Shown here one piece after another: positions 27,370 to 64,000 of a DNA stretch of 64,000 bases (position 1 is its first letter; the number at the start of each line of letters is the position of its first letter). Both the position numbers and the translations under genes were made by a program. This stretch comes from Raillietiella orientalis (Eukaryota). The stretch is taken from assembly GCA_036172245.1 (NCBI GenBank), contig JAYWIR010000030.1:1674001-1738000 (forward strand), written 5' to 3'. A model generated the notes under the pieces. It ran no database searches. It was given only the letters and a program-made list of their open reading frames with translations, and had not been told where the DNA came from.

Positions 27370-27900
27370 AAAACGCGTGAAAAACAAACATCTCCATGTT
27401 TTTGGAAGAGCAGCTGCGCAGATAGAACTATCCATTCAGGTGTACTCCACGAGGGAAGGCACTCGGGTCGAATTCTACACCAATTTGCTACGAGCACTAT
27501 TCAACACGGCACGAGCGCACTCTTCGGATCGCACCCTATTGCTCTGCGGGAGCATTAAAGCAACTGATCCTCCAGCATATTTCCTGATTTCTATGCATTC
27601 CAAATTGCGAAAATGAACACGTAGATAAAGCGAGGTGGTAATGCTATAAAAACAGAGTAGAATTACCCATCCATTTTCCACTGTGAGCAACAAACTACTT
27701 TGAGAGCATTGCGTTTATAGGGGATGCATCCGAACAGATGAGAGCACAGCGCATAAGGGACGTATATTCCTGGGTATGATGGCGATGACGGAAAAACATT
27801 AACGCACGTATTAATGCCAAGGGCGTCGAGAATAGCCGCGTACTTACGTGCTCCAAACGTCCCAACAGCAACATCAGGAAACGCAACAAGACAAGCAGAG
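27370..27900 (+). mobile_element. Decayed non-LTR (RTE/L2-type) apurinic endonuclease fragment
   Basis: LSIQVYSTREGTRVEFYTNL...TLLLCGSIKA matches the IQVYAPT..EEFY..L..LIL.GDFNA pattern; later TLTHVLMPR. Confidence 0.5.
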
Positions 27901-28399
27901 CCCGATAGGTCACAACGAGAACCTTCCCAGGAAAAGCCACGTATCCCAAGATTAACACTGCCTCCTACAGGAAGTCCACGGGCCCTGCAGTGGATTCAGA
28001 AGTCTACCTACATGACCAGAAAGCACATTGCAGACGTGCTAAACGCAAGACAGCGCTGTGGAGCTTGAAAGAAAACTCGAAATACAGCACACGAAATTTG
28101 CCCGCCACATCTCAAGGGCCTGCCAGCTGAAAGATGAACAATCGCGGTCAACTAATCCCTGAAAGCGGTACTGCTGCCACCTATTCACTCAGCAGTTTCG
28201 TCAAAATCATCCTTAAAAAAGAGAAGCCCTTCTAAAGAACCATTCATGATGAACAATCATTACCGCACTTTCCATTTTTGCAGAGGACTCAAATGTGTCG
28301 CTTATTGACACATACAACCCGAGAGTTCGTACAAACCAAGCATGGACACCAGAAAGGCAAAACGATTACGTCAACGATTTCTCAGCAGGGACCATCTGA

Positions 28400-28900
28400 A
28401 GATAGATAACAAAAGCAGAAAACGTGAAGACCGGCTTAAACATTGCAGTTCCTTTAGCAGTCGAAATGTTTCCCACTGAAAATCATTCCCTGAGAAGGGG
28501 AGGGAACGTACAACGGGAAAAAACCTTACTCAAACCTTCCAGGAAATCCGATACGTACGTTTTCGACTACTATGGAGGAACAGCTATCTACAGAGGAGGC
28601 TTGCCATGGGAAACAGGTTCCACAAACACATATCTACGTATCCATGCAAAAAAAAACGCCAACACTCTGATTAGAACGAAGATAGTTCCGAATCTGTGGG
28701 GCTATCTTCATTCTAATCAGAGTGTTACTCGAAACTGTTACTCTGATCGAAAACATGAAACCACCGAGAGTTACTGATAGCATGCTGATGATCCGATGCA
28801 ACCCCATGAAAACCATAAAGGCGGCGAAGCAGTCGAGGTAAAAACTTCTGATGAAGGCAAAGATGAAAACTACGAATGCTTTGGATGATGGAAATCCTTC
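28400..28900 (+). mobile_element. Second decayed RTE-like endonuclease fragment
   Basis: YVFDYYGGTAIYRGG resembles the RTE Y..IYSGG...RGV motif; bounded on the right by SINE copy C. Confidence 0.3.
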
Positions 28901-28914
28901 TTTTCTGTCTTCGC

Positions 28915-29672
28915 AGTTCTTCGACACGGTTCCACGCCACCCGAGGGTGGGTAATTCTTCAAGGTAGGGGGAACCCCGGGAGGGGTCCGCCTTATGAATC
29001 CAGGAAGGGCTCAGAGTCCGTTCCTCTCACGCCTGGGGAGGGATCCCCGGGAATGGAGATCACCTCCAGCTTGGTTGTCTCCGAAGGGGAATCATGAAGA
29101 CAATCCTCCTTCCTTATTCCCTCCGGAGGACTCCCCGGGAGGTCCGCTCCATTCTTTCTTCTCTGAAGGGAACCCGGAAAGGATCCGCTCCTGGATTTTC
29201 TTCTTCGGAGGGAATCCCCCGCAAGGGATCCGCTCCTGCTTACTCCTCTGAAGAGAACCCAGAAGAAACCCTTCCGAAATTCAGAAGGACGCAGCTTCCC
29301 CGAGGGATCGGCTCGCGTCTTTGCACTCTCTGGAGAGGTGGTGGCGACATACCTACTCCATCAGTACGACTTGGAGGGTCCCCCCGGAATGGGGGCTCCG
29401 CTTCTTCACAACCGGAGGGGGAGTTCCCACTCCGTGATTCCTGGAAGGACCCGGAGGTCGACTCCCGTTTGTCCCAGCCCTCATCGGGGGCATCCGGTTT
29501 CCACCGCTACCAGTGCCACACCCGGATGAATGTAGGCCAACCAGCGTCATCTTGTGGGGTGAACTCGGAACCCACGAGGCACTGAGTGGATTCCTTCGAA
29601 GTATTCGAACCCACAACGCATGGTGCCACGCGCGAAGACCACCGTAACCACACGGCCTCCGACGCGGGCTAA
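28915..29672 (-). mobile_element. tRNA-headed SINE-like element, copy C
   Basis: Shared blocks (GATTCCTGGAAGG, TAGGCCAACCAGCGT, ATTCGAACCC) and internal repeats at 29100-29280. Confidence 0.7.
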
Positions 29673-30134
29673 CCACGAATGCTAATAACGATCCCTTTAC
29701 TAACGTATTTCAAGCAATACGTCAATAAAGAAATTACTAAATAACCGAAGTTCCCCTCAACTGAGAATCAGCTTGCTTGCAATCACGAGGTTCCAAAACG
29801 GAATTTCTCTTTGAAAATCAACTTAAGGCATGGAAAAGTCTTTTATTTCCTTTCCTTTTCTTGAATCACTGTGAAAACATCCGCCTTTGGCGAAATGAAA
29901 TCACAATTTCCTCTCGACAATAAGTTCATAACGTCGGGACAGGGAAACGTCGAAAATACAAGTGTCCCCTACCTGCCGATAAAACTGCAATACAACGGTT
30001 TTCCAAAAGGAAAATTCTTAGGTCACCCACTGTCAAATAGATAGCAATTTTGTAAAAAAGGATGAAAGAGCGATACAACTGCTCCGCGAGTGCTGTTGGA
30101 GAACCAAACTAAACTGGATCAAGCGATCTGATCT

Positions 30135-33100
30135 TTACTGCCGCCGGAATTGCTTTTTGAATTTTTCGTAATGGAAGTCATCGGTCGCCTTCTCCTCATT
30201 TGCAGAACGCTTCGCACCTCTTGAGTGATCGCCCGGACCCGCCCACGAAGACTTCATTCCACCTCTGTTATCCAGGTTAACTAATAAATGCACGTACGTG
30301 TATGGTATAATTCAAAACAACAACGCATCTTACATCGATTGTGATGCATGAAATTTACAGCCATATTGCTAGGAACGAATTCGGAGGGAATGTCCTTCTG
30401 TTTCATCCGTTCGTGAAGCAGCCTCAGTTTTGCTTCCTCAGTAGCTTCAATGTTTTTTATTTTTGATCTAAAAATTACTGCCACAAAGCACAAAAGAGTA
30501 GTATTACCTACTCGATCCCAAGATCCACTTCAGGGATACCAGATAACATCTGGTTACTCAGCATTTCCTCAGATTTTTTACTCGATGATTTGCGCAAATG
30601 TTCGGGGACCGCGAAGAGGGCAGCTTCTTCAGGAAGCATATATTTCCGCTCTTCCTGGTCGTCTTCTTTCACACAGCCTTTGCGTTTGGCCAACTGTTCA
30701 TCAATGTACCTACGCCTAAAAAAGACAATACATCATCCCAATCCAACCAAAAAGTGTCATTACATATCATCATCCTCATCACGGGCATTCGTCTCCACAG
30801 AGAATGTTGTGCCTATTTCAGTATCATAGGCATCATCGGGAGACTGTCCACCAGTCTTCTTCACTGCCTTCATGTCTACCATCCCACCATTTTTCACTTG
30901 AAATGGATCATTCTGCAGAACAAAACCTTTCATAGGTATAATTTTAAAGGGAATTAAATAAATACATTTTATTGATGAAGGCGCGAAACGCACGTGGTTG
31001 TACTAAATTTTACATCCCTTTTATACACGTATTACTAATCATCACTTTTAACCTCAATAATTAATCTCTTGCAGAAATCATGCTTGGCCATCTATCACTC
31101 TTGGTCTCTTATGACTTCTTGATTTTATACATCGCCACACCTTTATGGAGAGGTTTCGGAGGAAAGCAAGCATTCTTTTTACAAAGGGCTCATGGATAAT
31201 AGGAACAGACCAGGGGTAAGACAATGAAAATGTCTTCCCACAGTCCAAGTGAATAAGTAATTTTTCCTTAAAAAAAACACACACACGCACAAATAAATCC
31301 TCCAAAAATTTCTGAGAAAATGATCCATGCAAATTCTTGCATGGATCATTTTCTTGCTTGCTTTTTTGCATTTATCATTCTTGTCCTGCTTTGTTTTACT
31401 TCCATATAATTCAGATATACATTTCAAAAGCTGACAAGCTGATGTTTTACAATAGATCCTCCATTATTAAAACTAAGACCAAAGCTCGTTTGATTTTCTA
31501 TAATTCTGCATTCATGAATATGAGAAAAACTATAAATTACAACTGTTGTCCCCCTCCATTTAATTTTTGACATTCCTATAAATTCAATTTGTGTCTTCAC
31601 TAACATTAATACATAACAGGATATTATATGCTACATATTACTATTCTGAACATTTGTAGCATTTGCAGATTACAGCAAGTCTGCATTTCTCTTCCTATGA
31701 TGTAATCATAAATTCTACTGCACTTCATTCTGCAGCATATCAAGATGCATATGAAACAATTAAGCATAATCGATTAAATAATAATAATTAGATACTTGCA
31801 ATATGGTGCACGTTGATATGTTTTAATTTAATCATGTAGATGACAAACACAATTTCATACACAAATACTAAGTATTACAAAATGGCATTCAAGATTTCTT
31901 TCTAATCCCCCTATTAATCCGTAGTGCTAAGCTGTTAAATAATTAAAAATTCGAATAAGCAGGAAACACGAAACATGGAGCCACGTTATCGAACAATACT
32001 TAAAAAAATAAATAAATAAATAAAACCAGGATAAATTGCTACACATAAGGTTCTCCAAACAATAAGAAATGCATGATTTTCTTGTGGAAGCGACAATATA
32101 TTTAATTCCTGAAGAAAACTGGAAAATTGCAAAATGGCACAGTCCCATCACCACTACAACTATTTGATGGCTGAGTCAAAACATCTGGGCTCTTGAAAAT
32201 GACAAAGTTCATCCTAACCATTATTGTTTTTGGAGTCAGCCCCCAGAATGTATTCCTCTTATATTGCTTGAAGGTATCAAGAAATTTGAAACTCCTAACT
32301 GAAATCAGTGTTATAAGAACCCTACAGCTTTTTTTCACATCATGAATCAAATCATTGAATCATTCTCCATGGTGAATGAAATCTTTTAATCTACTTAAAA
32401 GCTGTGGAGTTTAAGCTGTTCATCAGCTGACAGTTTTTGTTCATGGTCTTCAAATGAGCAAAAATTTCACTTATCCAGTCAGACTGTACTGGCTTTAAAC
32501 TCTGTGCTATTATTCAATCCTTTGTTTCGTTAAGTTTGCAAGACTAAACATAGGTTAGATAGTTGATCATTTTTAGCATGGAATCCTACAAACAAGTAAT
32601 ATTTTCTATTTCATCATTTTTCACTCACATAAAGTTGCCTCTTATAAGCACATTTCTTCAATAGCAAGAACAGAAACAACTTTTTTGATACCTTTAGCAA
32701 CGATTCACCGCAGTTCTTTCTACAACATGCTCAAAGGCAAAGCCATCCTAGGTTCATCCATTTAAATTCTATGAAAGATGAAAGTTTATCGTTCAAGGAA
32801 GGCAGGCATTATGTGTGTTTTCAGAAACTCACCTCTTAGGATAAAAAATAAAAATGAAAAGGGACTTCACTTCAAATGAATTCTATAATCAAAATACGGC
32901 AATGGTCACATACCATAATGGAAAACTGGGTCTCAATTATGCAAACACAAGGAATGCACCAACACATAACTGTACTAGAATCAGAATTAACTACTGTGCA
33001 CCAGAAACAGAAGTCAAAAAGAAAATTTCTTTGCAGTCCCATAGAGCTAATCAAATTGTTCTTCATTGCTTGCATTGAAGGTAATATCCATGAATAAGCA

Positions 33101-36100
33101 GATTCCATCATTTGCCAGTGAGCAAGATAATGTATTTAAACTACGCTTTTTGCTTTGGCAGATAATGCTTACATGTTAAAATGAGCTTGTAATAATTGAA
33201 ATTCTAGCATAACAGTCTACTACTGTAGTAATCTTGATGTACTTTTCACTCAGATAAAATTGCTTGCAAAAACAAAAAACATTATTTTCATGTTTTTCTC
33301 AACTGCACCTTCAAAATGCAAAAAAGGAAAAAAGGGCGGGAAAATCGTTAATTCCTGAACACATACTGAAAGTATAACTTAATTCTGTGCATTTTAAAAC
33401 ACTCCTAACTAATAAGTCAAGATAAGGCACACATGAGGAACACAGTAGACAATGTGGTTAAAAAGTAAGAAAATCCCTAAAGAAATCTCCAGAATACAGA
33501 TATCTATATTTTAACATTATCTCGAGAAAGCAAATATTTAGTTCCAAAGGTGAATTCAAAAATTTAACGGAAATACCATTTAATGTAGTATTGTTCATTT
33601 CAAAAAAATTATCCATTATTTAAAATAACTTGTCAATATGTACTTACCATTATTTGGTCATCTTCAACAACCTGTTTACCCACAGCTAAAACAGCAGCAC
33701 TGATACCTCTCGACTTTTCCCGCATCTTTTGGATTTCCTTTAACTCCTCCAGCATTTCACTAAAAGGTGACACAGGTATACAAGAAGGCAACCTATTAGC
33801 TATAGCATTCTTTTTGCAATAAGATGAGTAAAAATCAATAAACACTGCCCAAAATATTTTATCTAACTGCATCACAAAAATTCCACTTTTAATTTTGAAC
33901 TAATACTCATACTTTTTATACAGATTATATTTTGACTTTGCTTAATATTTGTCTTCAGCTTCACTAACTGATATACCTGTCATTACAGTGAGGTCTATCA
34001 TAAGTCATCTATCTTAATACAATAATATGCATGCCAGTATGCAATTTTAGACATATTATATGAACAAACTGAATCATATTTGTGAAAAATGATGATTCGA
34101 TGATAAAAAATTGGAGAAATTTCTCATACAAAGATACTCGGGTATGTTATTCTAACAAATAATAATTAATGGAAGTAATGACCTTAACCATGTTAAATGA
34201 TTTTCCAAAGAAGCATGCTTATTCATTTAAGATGATGCACACAGGAAATCAACTATTAATTTGGCTCCTTGAATTTAGCCATTACTTCCAATCAACCCAA
34301 AGAAAATGAGAACTTCCCCCTTACTATTTCGAAAATAGAAAGATAATCAAAAAAAAAAAAGATTATTGTCATAATGCAAGCACACCAATGAGCAATTGTA
34401 TATGCAGCTTGAGCATATCTGCAAACCACCCTTCATTTAAAGAAACTGTTGCAAAAAAAAATTTTTCTTAGACATGATACTGCTCTCTTAATTGCATTGA
34501 TTTTCAAAGACCCATACCTAAAAACTTAATTCATATACACATGATATTTCAACTTATTCAACTCAACATGTATATTAAGTTCATAAAATTTCTGGTAAGA
34601 TTATAAGCATTTTAAGTTAAAGCCATAAAATTTAAAAATGATGGAAAAATATTTGAAATTTTTTAATTATTGCTTTCTTGAATACTATAAATATTTATGT
34701 TTGCAAAACCCAAATATTTAATATTACTTCCACAAAAGTGGAAAATGAATGAGCTACAGTGAATTTCAAGAATTTACAAAAATTCTATATGCCAAATGAT
34801 ATGGATGTACCCAGCAATACATAGGCTTCTCTTATAAAGGATTTTAAACACACTTTGAACAAGTCTCAATAATTAGAACATTCTTGAAATCTAATAAAAT
34901 AGGATGGAAAAATACTTGGAACACCTAAATGTGATCTGAATGTTGGAATGAGTATATGTTTAAGGTTCCAAAATTCCAAAGACCACAATACATTTGCACT
35001 CTAAAAAATGTACCTTCATATAATTCCCCTGAAACTTCCATACCAATATTTTTTAATGGTTTTATTTGAAATTCCATCAATCAAACTTGACTAGTTGAAA
35101 ATTTTTTCAATTTGCAATACTTTTCAAGATTCTCAGAAATATTTTAAAAACCTCTTAGGTACTTCACTACTGGTACAATTAGAATTCAAACACACCCTAA
35201 TTTCAATCCTGAAGTTTTCTTATAGGATTAACATAAAGTTTGGCATGCTAAGCTTTACTATATATTGCATAGCTTTTACTTCTAACCTTATCCATATTTC
35301 AAGTTGACATAGTTTATTACTTTATTCATTATATTTATCACAATAAAAACTTGGAAAATATTTAACTTTGATATTAAAAATATTTCTATTTTTGACAAGA
35401 GCACTGCAGCAATTAAACTCAAATTATTTGATATATAACCATGCACAACATATCTGCAAATTCTGATTAATTTTAATTCAATACTTGCTTCATATGGGAA
35501 ACATCACAAAGCATTTCTTAATAAAAAAAAACTCATTCTTGATTTTGCCAAGTTATTTATGCCAACATAACCCTTATTGATGTATAAGAATTCATTCTGT
35601 TAATAGTAAATGCCATCTCAAATGTGAATCCATTAAAAAGGCTGAAAGATCCATTCCCCATGAGACTGTATGGCTCAATGGGAGTAAACATATTTGCATA
35701 AAATGTACTTATAGAAAAAAATACAAGAAAAAAATTTGGTTAAGCGATCACATGAAAAACTTTTTTTAACAGAGTAGTGCAATAAAAGATGAGAATAATG
35801 CAATCACTTGTAAATCACACGATGCGGTACACTGCTCCATGGTTTCGATTTTTCTATGCAAACAGATATGTAAGACATGCCTCACAAAATTCTTCTGATG
35901 CAAATAATTTTTATCATTATTCTTATGCTGCATAATTAGTAAGTATATGGAATATACATTATTATGCGTTCTGCTTTGAACAAAAATTATCTCCTCTGCG
36001 TTATAAAATTGATACTTGCATTATATGTAATTCTTATGCCTGTTTTGAGCACCTGATCCTACTTTTCTTAGTTTCATGAATCCAACAACCATCTCAAACA

Positions 36101-36284
36101 CTTCATGATATTTCAAATACGCAAACATTCGATGATTATGGTATGAAACCACAGTTACAAACCTAACGTCATCGTCTTGATCCTCCTCAGTACTTTGGTG
36201 GACTTTCCGGAATTCTGGTTTCTTCATTTTTGCCTTTTTAAATCTGAAGTGCACCTTTTCTTCTGGGATTGGTTCGACATCCAT
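30135..36284 (-). CDS. C9orf78: Splicing factor C9orf78 / telomere length and silencing protein 1 homolog (HCA59 family); 6 exons: 36163-36284, 33648-33759, 30764-30912, 30512-30715, 30334-30467, 30135-30280
   Basis: The phase-consistent spliced protein contains FSVETNARDEDDDMRRYI, SEEMLSNQMLSGIPEVDLGIE, KIKNIEATEEAK, FVPSNMAVNF and the C-terminal KATDDFHYEKFKKQFRR; all introns are GT-AG. Confidence 0.95.
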
Positions 36285-38153
36285 GATCGTGTGCAATTTA
36301 TAAAAACACCTACACACTCGTTAAGAAAGTCAAAACGAAAACAACAGAGACACCAAGTCGGGATTTAGGATTACTTTTCACCATGTTCAGTAGCATCTGA
36401 TGGGGTAACTTACAAACTGAAACCTCGAAGTACCAACTACATAAATTCAGAAATTATCCTTGTGTAGGTGGACCGCTGTTGTAAGCTAATTTAAAGGAAA
36501 AGGCGGCTGCAAGCTGACTGTAAACTTCCACTGCAAGCAGACATCATTGCGCAACTTTCGCTAACACGAAAATGCATTTACCACGGTTGCATACTGCACA
36601 AAGTGCACAGAGACCCGATATTAGTGAAAAACTGAAAGGCTAAGTGTTTTCTTACCATGAGTTCAGCTTTCAGGGATTTCATATCGGTTTTGTTCAGATC
36701 TTGGATGGAAACATTTGAAGAGAACTTTTTATGTGAAAAGTTTACTTTCAGAATAACTGTAGAAGTTGCTTGCGAACTACTGTGCTAATGTCTCGATTTT
36801 TTCATTTACTTCACTTTGTACATTGCTTCTCATCTGAATTTTTTTTTTTTTAGCAATACTGTTTCGATTTTTATTGAGAGTGCGAAATTAGAAATGAATC
36901 TGCAAGACTTGAGACAGAGAGCTGGATTCTGATGCTGCATACCATTCCAGCACCGATATTTCTATGGATGGTCTCAAAAGTATTTCAAACTTTATTTTGA
37001 AAACAAACTTTCATTAACATGTCAGTGTTAGAAAAATGTCATTAGTTTACATTATTTTTCAACTCTAAATAGCATTTAAACTATCACTATTTATGATTGG
37101 AACAAAGGACATATTCATATGCTATGTGATCAAACTTAACTCGTCTTCTGCTTTTTTTTTGTTTTAAGTGCTCTTATTTCTGCTGTATTTTTCATGATAT
37201 TCTTTTTCAACAAATAATGCACAATTTGTTTCTACGAACGCATGCTGAATGTATTTCTTCGTTTTTGAGTATTATTTAGAGCTTGAAATTTTTAATAGTT
37301 ATTTTTCCCCAATTCTGTTTGATTCTCTATGTTCTCTAATCTCGCTGATGAATGAAGTAAAGACTTCAGTTGAAGATGATAAGGTTTGTGTACATTATGC
37401 TGCACTAAAGGCAACTGAGAGGCTTTTCAGAAATATTCTTAACTTAAATGTAAATATTTCATATAACGTACTTTTGCGTAAAATTTACAAGAAATATGAG
37501 TTCCAATATGATTCCAGTTGAATCTCTATGATTCTTCCGTTTTCAATCTCTATACTTTCATAAGCACTTTAGTTCCCAAACAACAGATTGATTTTTGTTT
37601 GCTGTCTTTATTTACTTTAGAGATGCGCTTTTTATTTATTTTGTCTTTCCTTCTAAGCACGTTTTTAGTTCAAATACTTTTTCTCCTATCGGGAAGAGGA
37701 ATAATGCGATGCATAGTTTAAAGAAAAGTTTCTGTTGCTCATTCGATGATCAGCCTCAGGGTAAAGAAACAAATGAAAAGATTCCAGTAAAGAGGACCAT
37801 CAAGATGAAACGAAACATCTTTGGCCAAAAGGAAAATCAGCAACATGGGAGCTGAAGAATTTGTGTATCGTTAGGTGATTCTGATCAAACCGTTGGAATG
37901 CGCATATGGCTGAAAAACACCAATTAAAAATTTCTGAATACGTAGTGAACCGTAAGATAACTGACGTTGGTTAGCAGACGGAGAGCGTTTTTGCTTAGAG
38001 ACTTCTAAAGGCGACTTAATTTGATACTAAGCGATTCTTCGATTGTCATGCGATTCGCAATCAACTGGAACACAACCATAACGCATCATTCATCATCATC
38101 AGTAGCTGAAAAAGAAAATCAGCAGTAACTGGTATCATGGCATTCATTTAGAA

Positions 38154-38844
38154 GAATGCTTCCCAAAGTGGGCGATACCGCCCCCTGGTGGGCGCTGGAA
38201 CGAACCATGGGGGCCTCAAGTGCCCCCATGGTTCGTTCCAGTAGCCTCAAGTGCAATTGGGAGGCGTTGAATAAAAATGGGGAGGGGACAAAATGTTTAT
38301 TTTCCATATGCCGTAGTGCAAAAGCCTTTTTAATTGCATTTCCTTCATCATATTTAGTGGAACTTGGGCCCAGTGGGGTCCCAAATCTGTTAACTAAAAA
38401 GAGAAACCAACTGCAAATAGCTAATCGCGGTGATTTAAGAATGGAGTTGACAAATATGGAGCCCAATATTAACCAATTGATGGAAGCGCACAAAGTTCGT
38501 CCTTTTCATTAGAATCGTTTTTGACCTTATTTGTGATTTTTATTTTAATATTACCCTTCGTTATCGTAATTTTCTGTGTGTAACGCGAGTGTCAGTATGA
38601 TCGACTTCAATAAGTAATTAAAGCTAAATATTTTATTTGCAACAACGTCTTTTCTTACTATGTTGTAGGAAGTAGATAGAAAATATAGATGCATAAAATA
38701 ACGCAAATTTGTCACTGCATCTTTCTGTTTGCTCACTCAAAGAAGGTAGATAGATATTTAGGAGGGCGCTGAGTATCTATTTACCTTCTTTGAGTTTTTC
38801 ATTTGAAAAAGGGGCGGTAGGCCAAATAAGTATGAGAATCTATG
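38154..38844 (+). mobile_element. hAT (Buster/Charlie-type) internally deleted DNA transposon
   Basis: Termini TGCTTCCCAAAGTGGGCG and GGGGCGGTAGGCCAAATAAGTATGAGAATCTATG; 8-bp target duplication ATTTAGAA/ATTTGGAA; transposase C-terminus FLIAFPSSYLVE..LLTKKRNQL..RGDLRMELTNMEPNI...H-stop. Confidence 0.85.
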
Positions 38845-39797
38845 ATTTGGAAGAGTGGCTAGTTCTAATGAAACCGCTCAATAAATAAATCCACCAGCTA
38901 TTTTAAGAGAAAGTGAGACATGTCATTTAATGGGTCTACTAATGTTTGCTGACAAAAAGCTGCCATGATGATAAAAAAAAACTATGTTCTATGAAAATTT
39001 GGTTTATAATAAAGTGCATTTATAAGTAAGTCATCTTGTAAGAATAATTAAAACAGGACACAACGATTAAAAACAGGAAAATTTATGGAATTGGGAAATT
39101 TTCTTGTTTGAAAGAAAAGAACTTGATAGTATTTGGATTTCGCGAATCAGCAGGCGCTTCCACTATACGAATTACCAACAGCAGGCTTCAGATGAACAGT
39201 TGGTCTATGCTTCCCACTCCATAGCACCTGAAAGGATGGCTTCCGACTCCGCCTTTCATTTTGCAAAGCACAAAGGCGACAAGTTCTTCAGCGCACGAGA
39301 TGTGTCCAGCAGCAGCATCAAGCTCGTAATTGTACAAACTCCGTGTACAAACTCATCATCAACCTCTCCTTCCGAAGCAGACGGGCCAGTTCCTTCTTTC
39401 GGATTTCAGCACTTCCAGAGCTTGAGAAACGCAACGAAGAACAAAACCAGGTATGCACAATTTTTGCAATGCCTAGTTGCTTTCTTATTATTTGGGGAGG
39501 GGGGGGGGGAATCGAAGAAACAAAAAACTGGCATCTTGCTAATTTCGCCTGAACGCCGGTACTGATGCTGTACCTCGATACAGTTTCCTTTAGAAACGTG
39601 TTTTGGAACTGAGAAATGTTACAAAACGGGAGGGAGGGGAAGAGGAGGAACGGTTTACGACCCAGTGCCAGGAAAATTATCTACACTTTGCATACTGAAG
39701 CATTCACACTAAAAGCGAAGATATGCTTACGCCTCCGACTTTTGAGAGCAAACTCTAAAAATGAAATGGTACTCGTTTGCACACGTGAGATCCATGT

Positions 39798-39803
39798 TTT
39801 ATT
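39798..39803 (-). promoter_or_regulatory. Candidate polyadenylation signal for cac
   Basis: AATAAA on the minus strand about 385 nt after the stop codon. Confidence 0.3.
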
Positions 39804-40187
39804 GAATTTGGCAAACATGATCATACAGGTTCAATGCATGAATCAAACATACAGCATAATCTCATAAACAGGCAGTACTTTATCACAAGATTGACGATTT
39901 TCTCGTCAGCATTATCAAAATCTTCATCACATTCGGTCGAGTTGAAAAACATAAGAATTGCATGCGAAATGCAAAAACGATCATCTCCGAATTATATTGA
40001 CAAACTGATGTAAAAAGAAAAAAAAGAAAGCAGCGCGTTTTCGAAAATTTTAAAATATATAGGACTATGGAAATATATTCTTTTTTACAGGAACGGGAAA
40101 TATTCGGTATTCCTAAAAGTTCGTATCACAGACAGACTCAGAAGTCGATTGTGCAGCCTAGCCCGACTAGCTAGGCATAGGCCGATG

Positions 40188-63487
<23,300 letters not shown>

Positions 63488-64000
63488 CTTAAAAAAAGAA
63501 ATTGCAAGTTATCAAAAACAATTTACAATGTAGGAGTAACGATTTAGTTGTATTCTTACATAGGGTAATTATTGAGTGTGAAGCAGCACACTATCATGAA
63601 GAATGAGTTCATATATGTTTCTGACGCATATGTGCTTACAGCAAATGTTAACATGTCTAAGCATGTGCACATCTTTTAATGCTTCGTTACAATTTTTCAT
63701 GATCTCATTGAATGATATCAAAATGCACTCAAGTTACATGGAACAAAACTCCATGATGAAGTTTTAATATGATTAGTCTCAGATTATGAAAGCTAATGCC
63801 TACAAACAAATCGTTCTTATATTTCAAGCAACATTTTAAAATAAATTCAATTTCCAAGACACTTATTATTGAAAAAATTCATACAAACTACATGACTAGA
63901 GTTTATTTGTGATTGGGCAAATGTCTTAATTATAATACCCATACGTGAAAATGTTGTTTAAGTAAATTTTGCATCATAACTAAATGGATTTTGCATTTTC

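Noticed and set aside
29100..29280. CRISPR-like repeat array
   Set aside because: Degenerate head-to-tail units with no unique spacers, in a eukaryotic context with no cas genes.
36380..37860. Divergent + strand gene next to C9orf78 (KEN-containing ORF at 37595-37855)
   Set aside because: Candidate exons hit stops in all frames and could not be chained; it may be non-coding or a relic.
39104..39565. 153-aa + strand ORF
   Set aside because: No recognisable homology or splice support; lies just downstream of cac on the opposite strand.

Overview
This is eukaryotic DNA, most likely from an arthropod judging by its Cav2 sequence, and it falls into three zones. (1) About 1-29.7 kb is GC/CpG-rich and has no intact gene that I could find. 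It reads as a heavily decayed, collinear RNF213 (mysterin)-like AAA+/E3 gene on the minus strand that runs off the left edge. It is interrupted and flanked by decayed L1/Tx1-like LINEs, gypsy and RTE-type fragments, and three copies of a tRNA-headed SINE-like element. (2) 30135-36284 (minus) is an intact 6-exon C9orf78/TLS1 splicing-factor gene, followed by a hAT (Buster-type) deletion derivative at 38154-38844. (3) 40188-63487 (minus) is the 3' part of a cacophony/Cav2 calcium channel alpha-1 gene, from the I-II linker to the DEDWC C-terminus. It has two pairs of mutually exclusive exons, a 56-nt U12-type intron, two GC donors and two unusual S6 substitutions. All homology calls come from manual translation against motifs recalled from memory; no search was run. 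Most ORFs in the supplied track are antisense shadows or decayed fragments.
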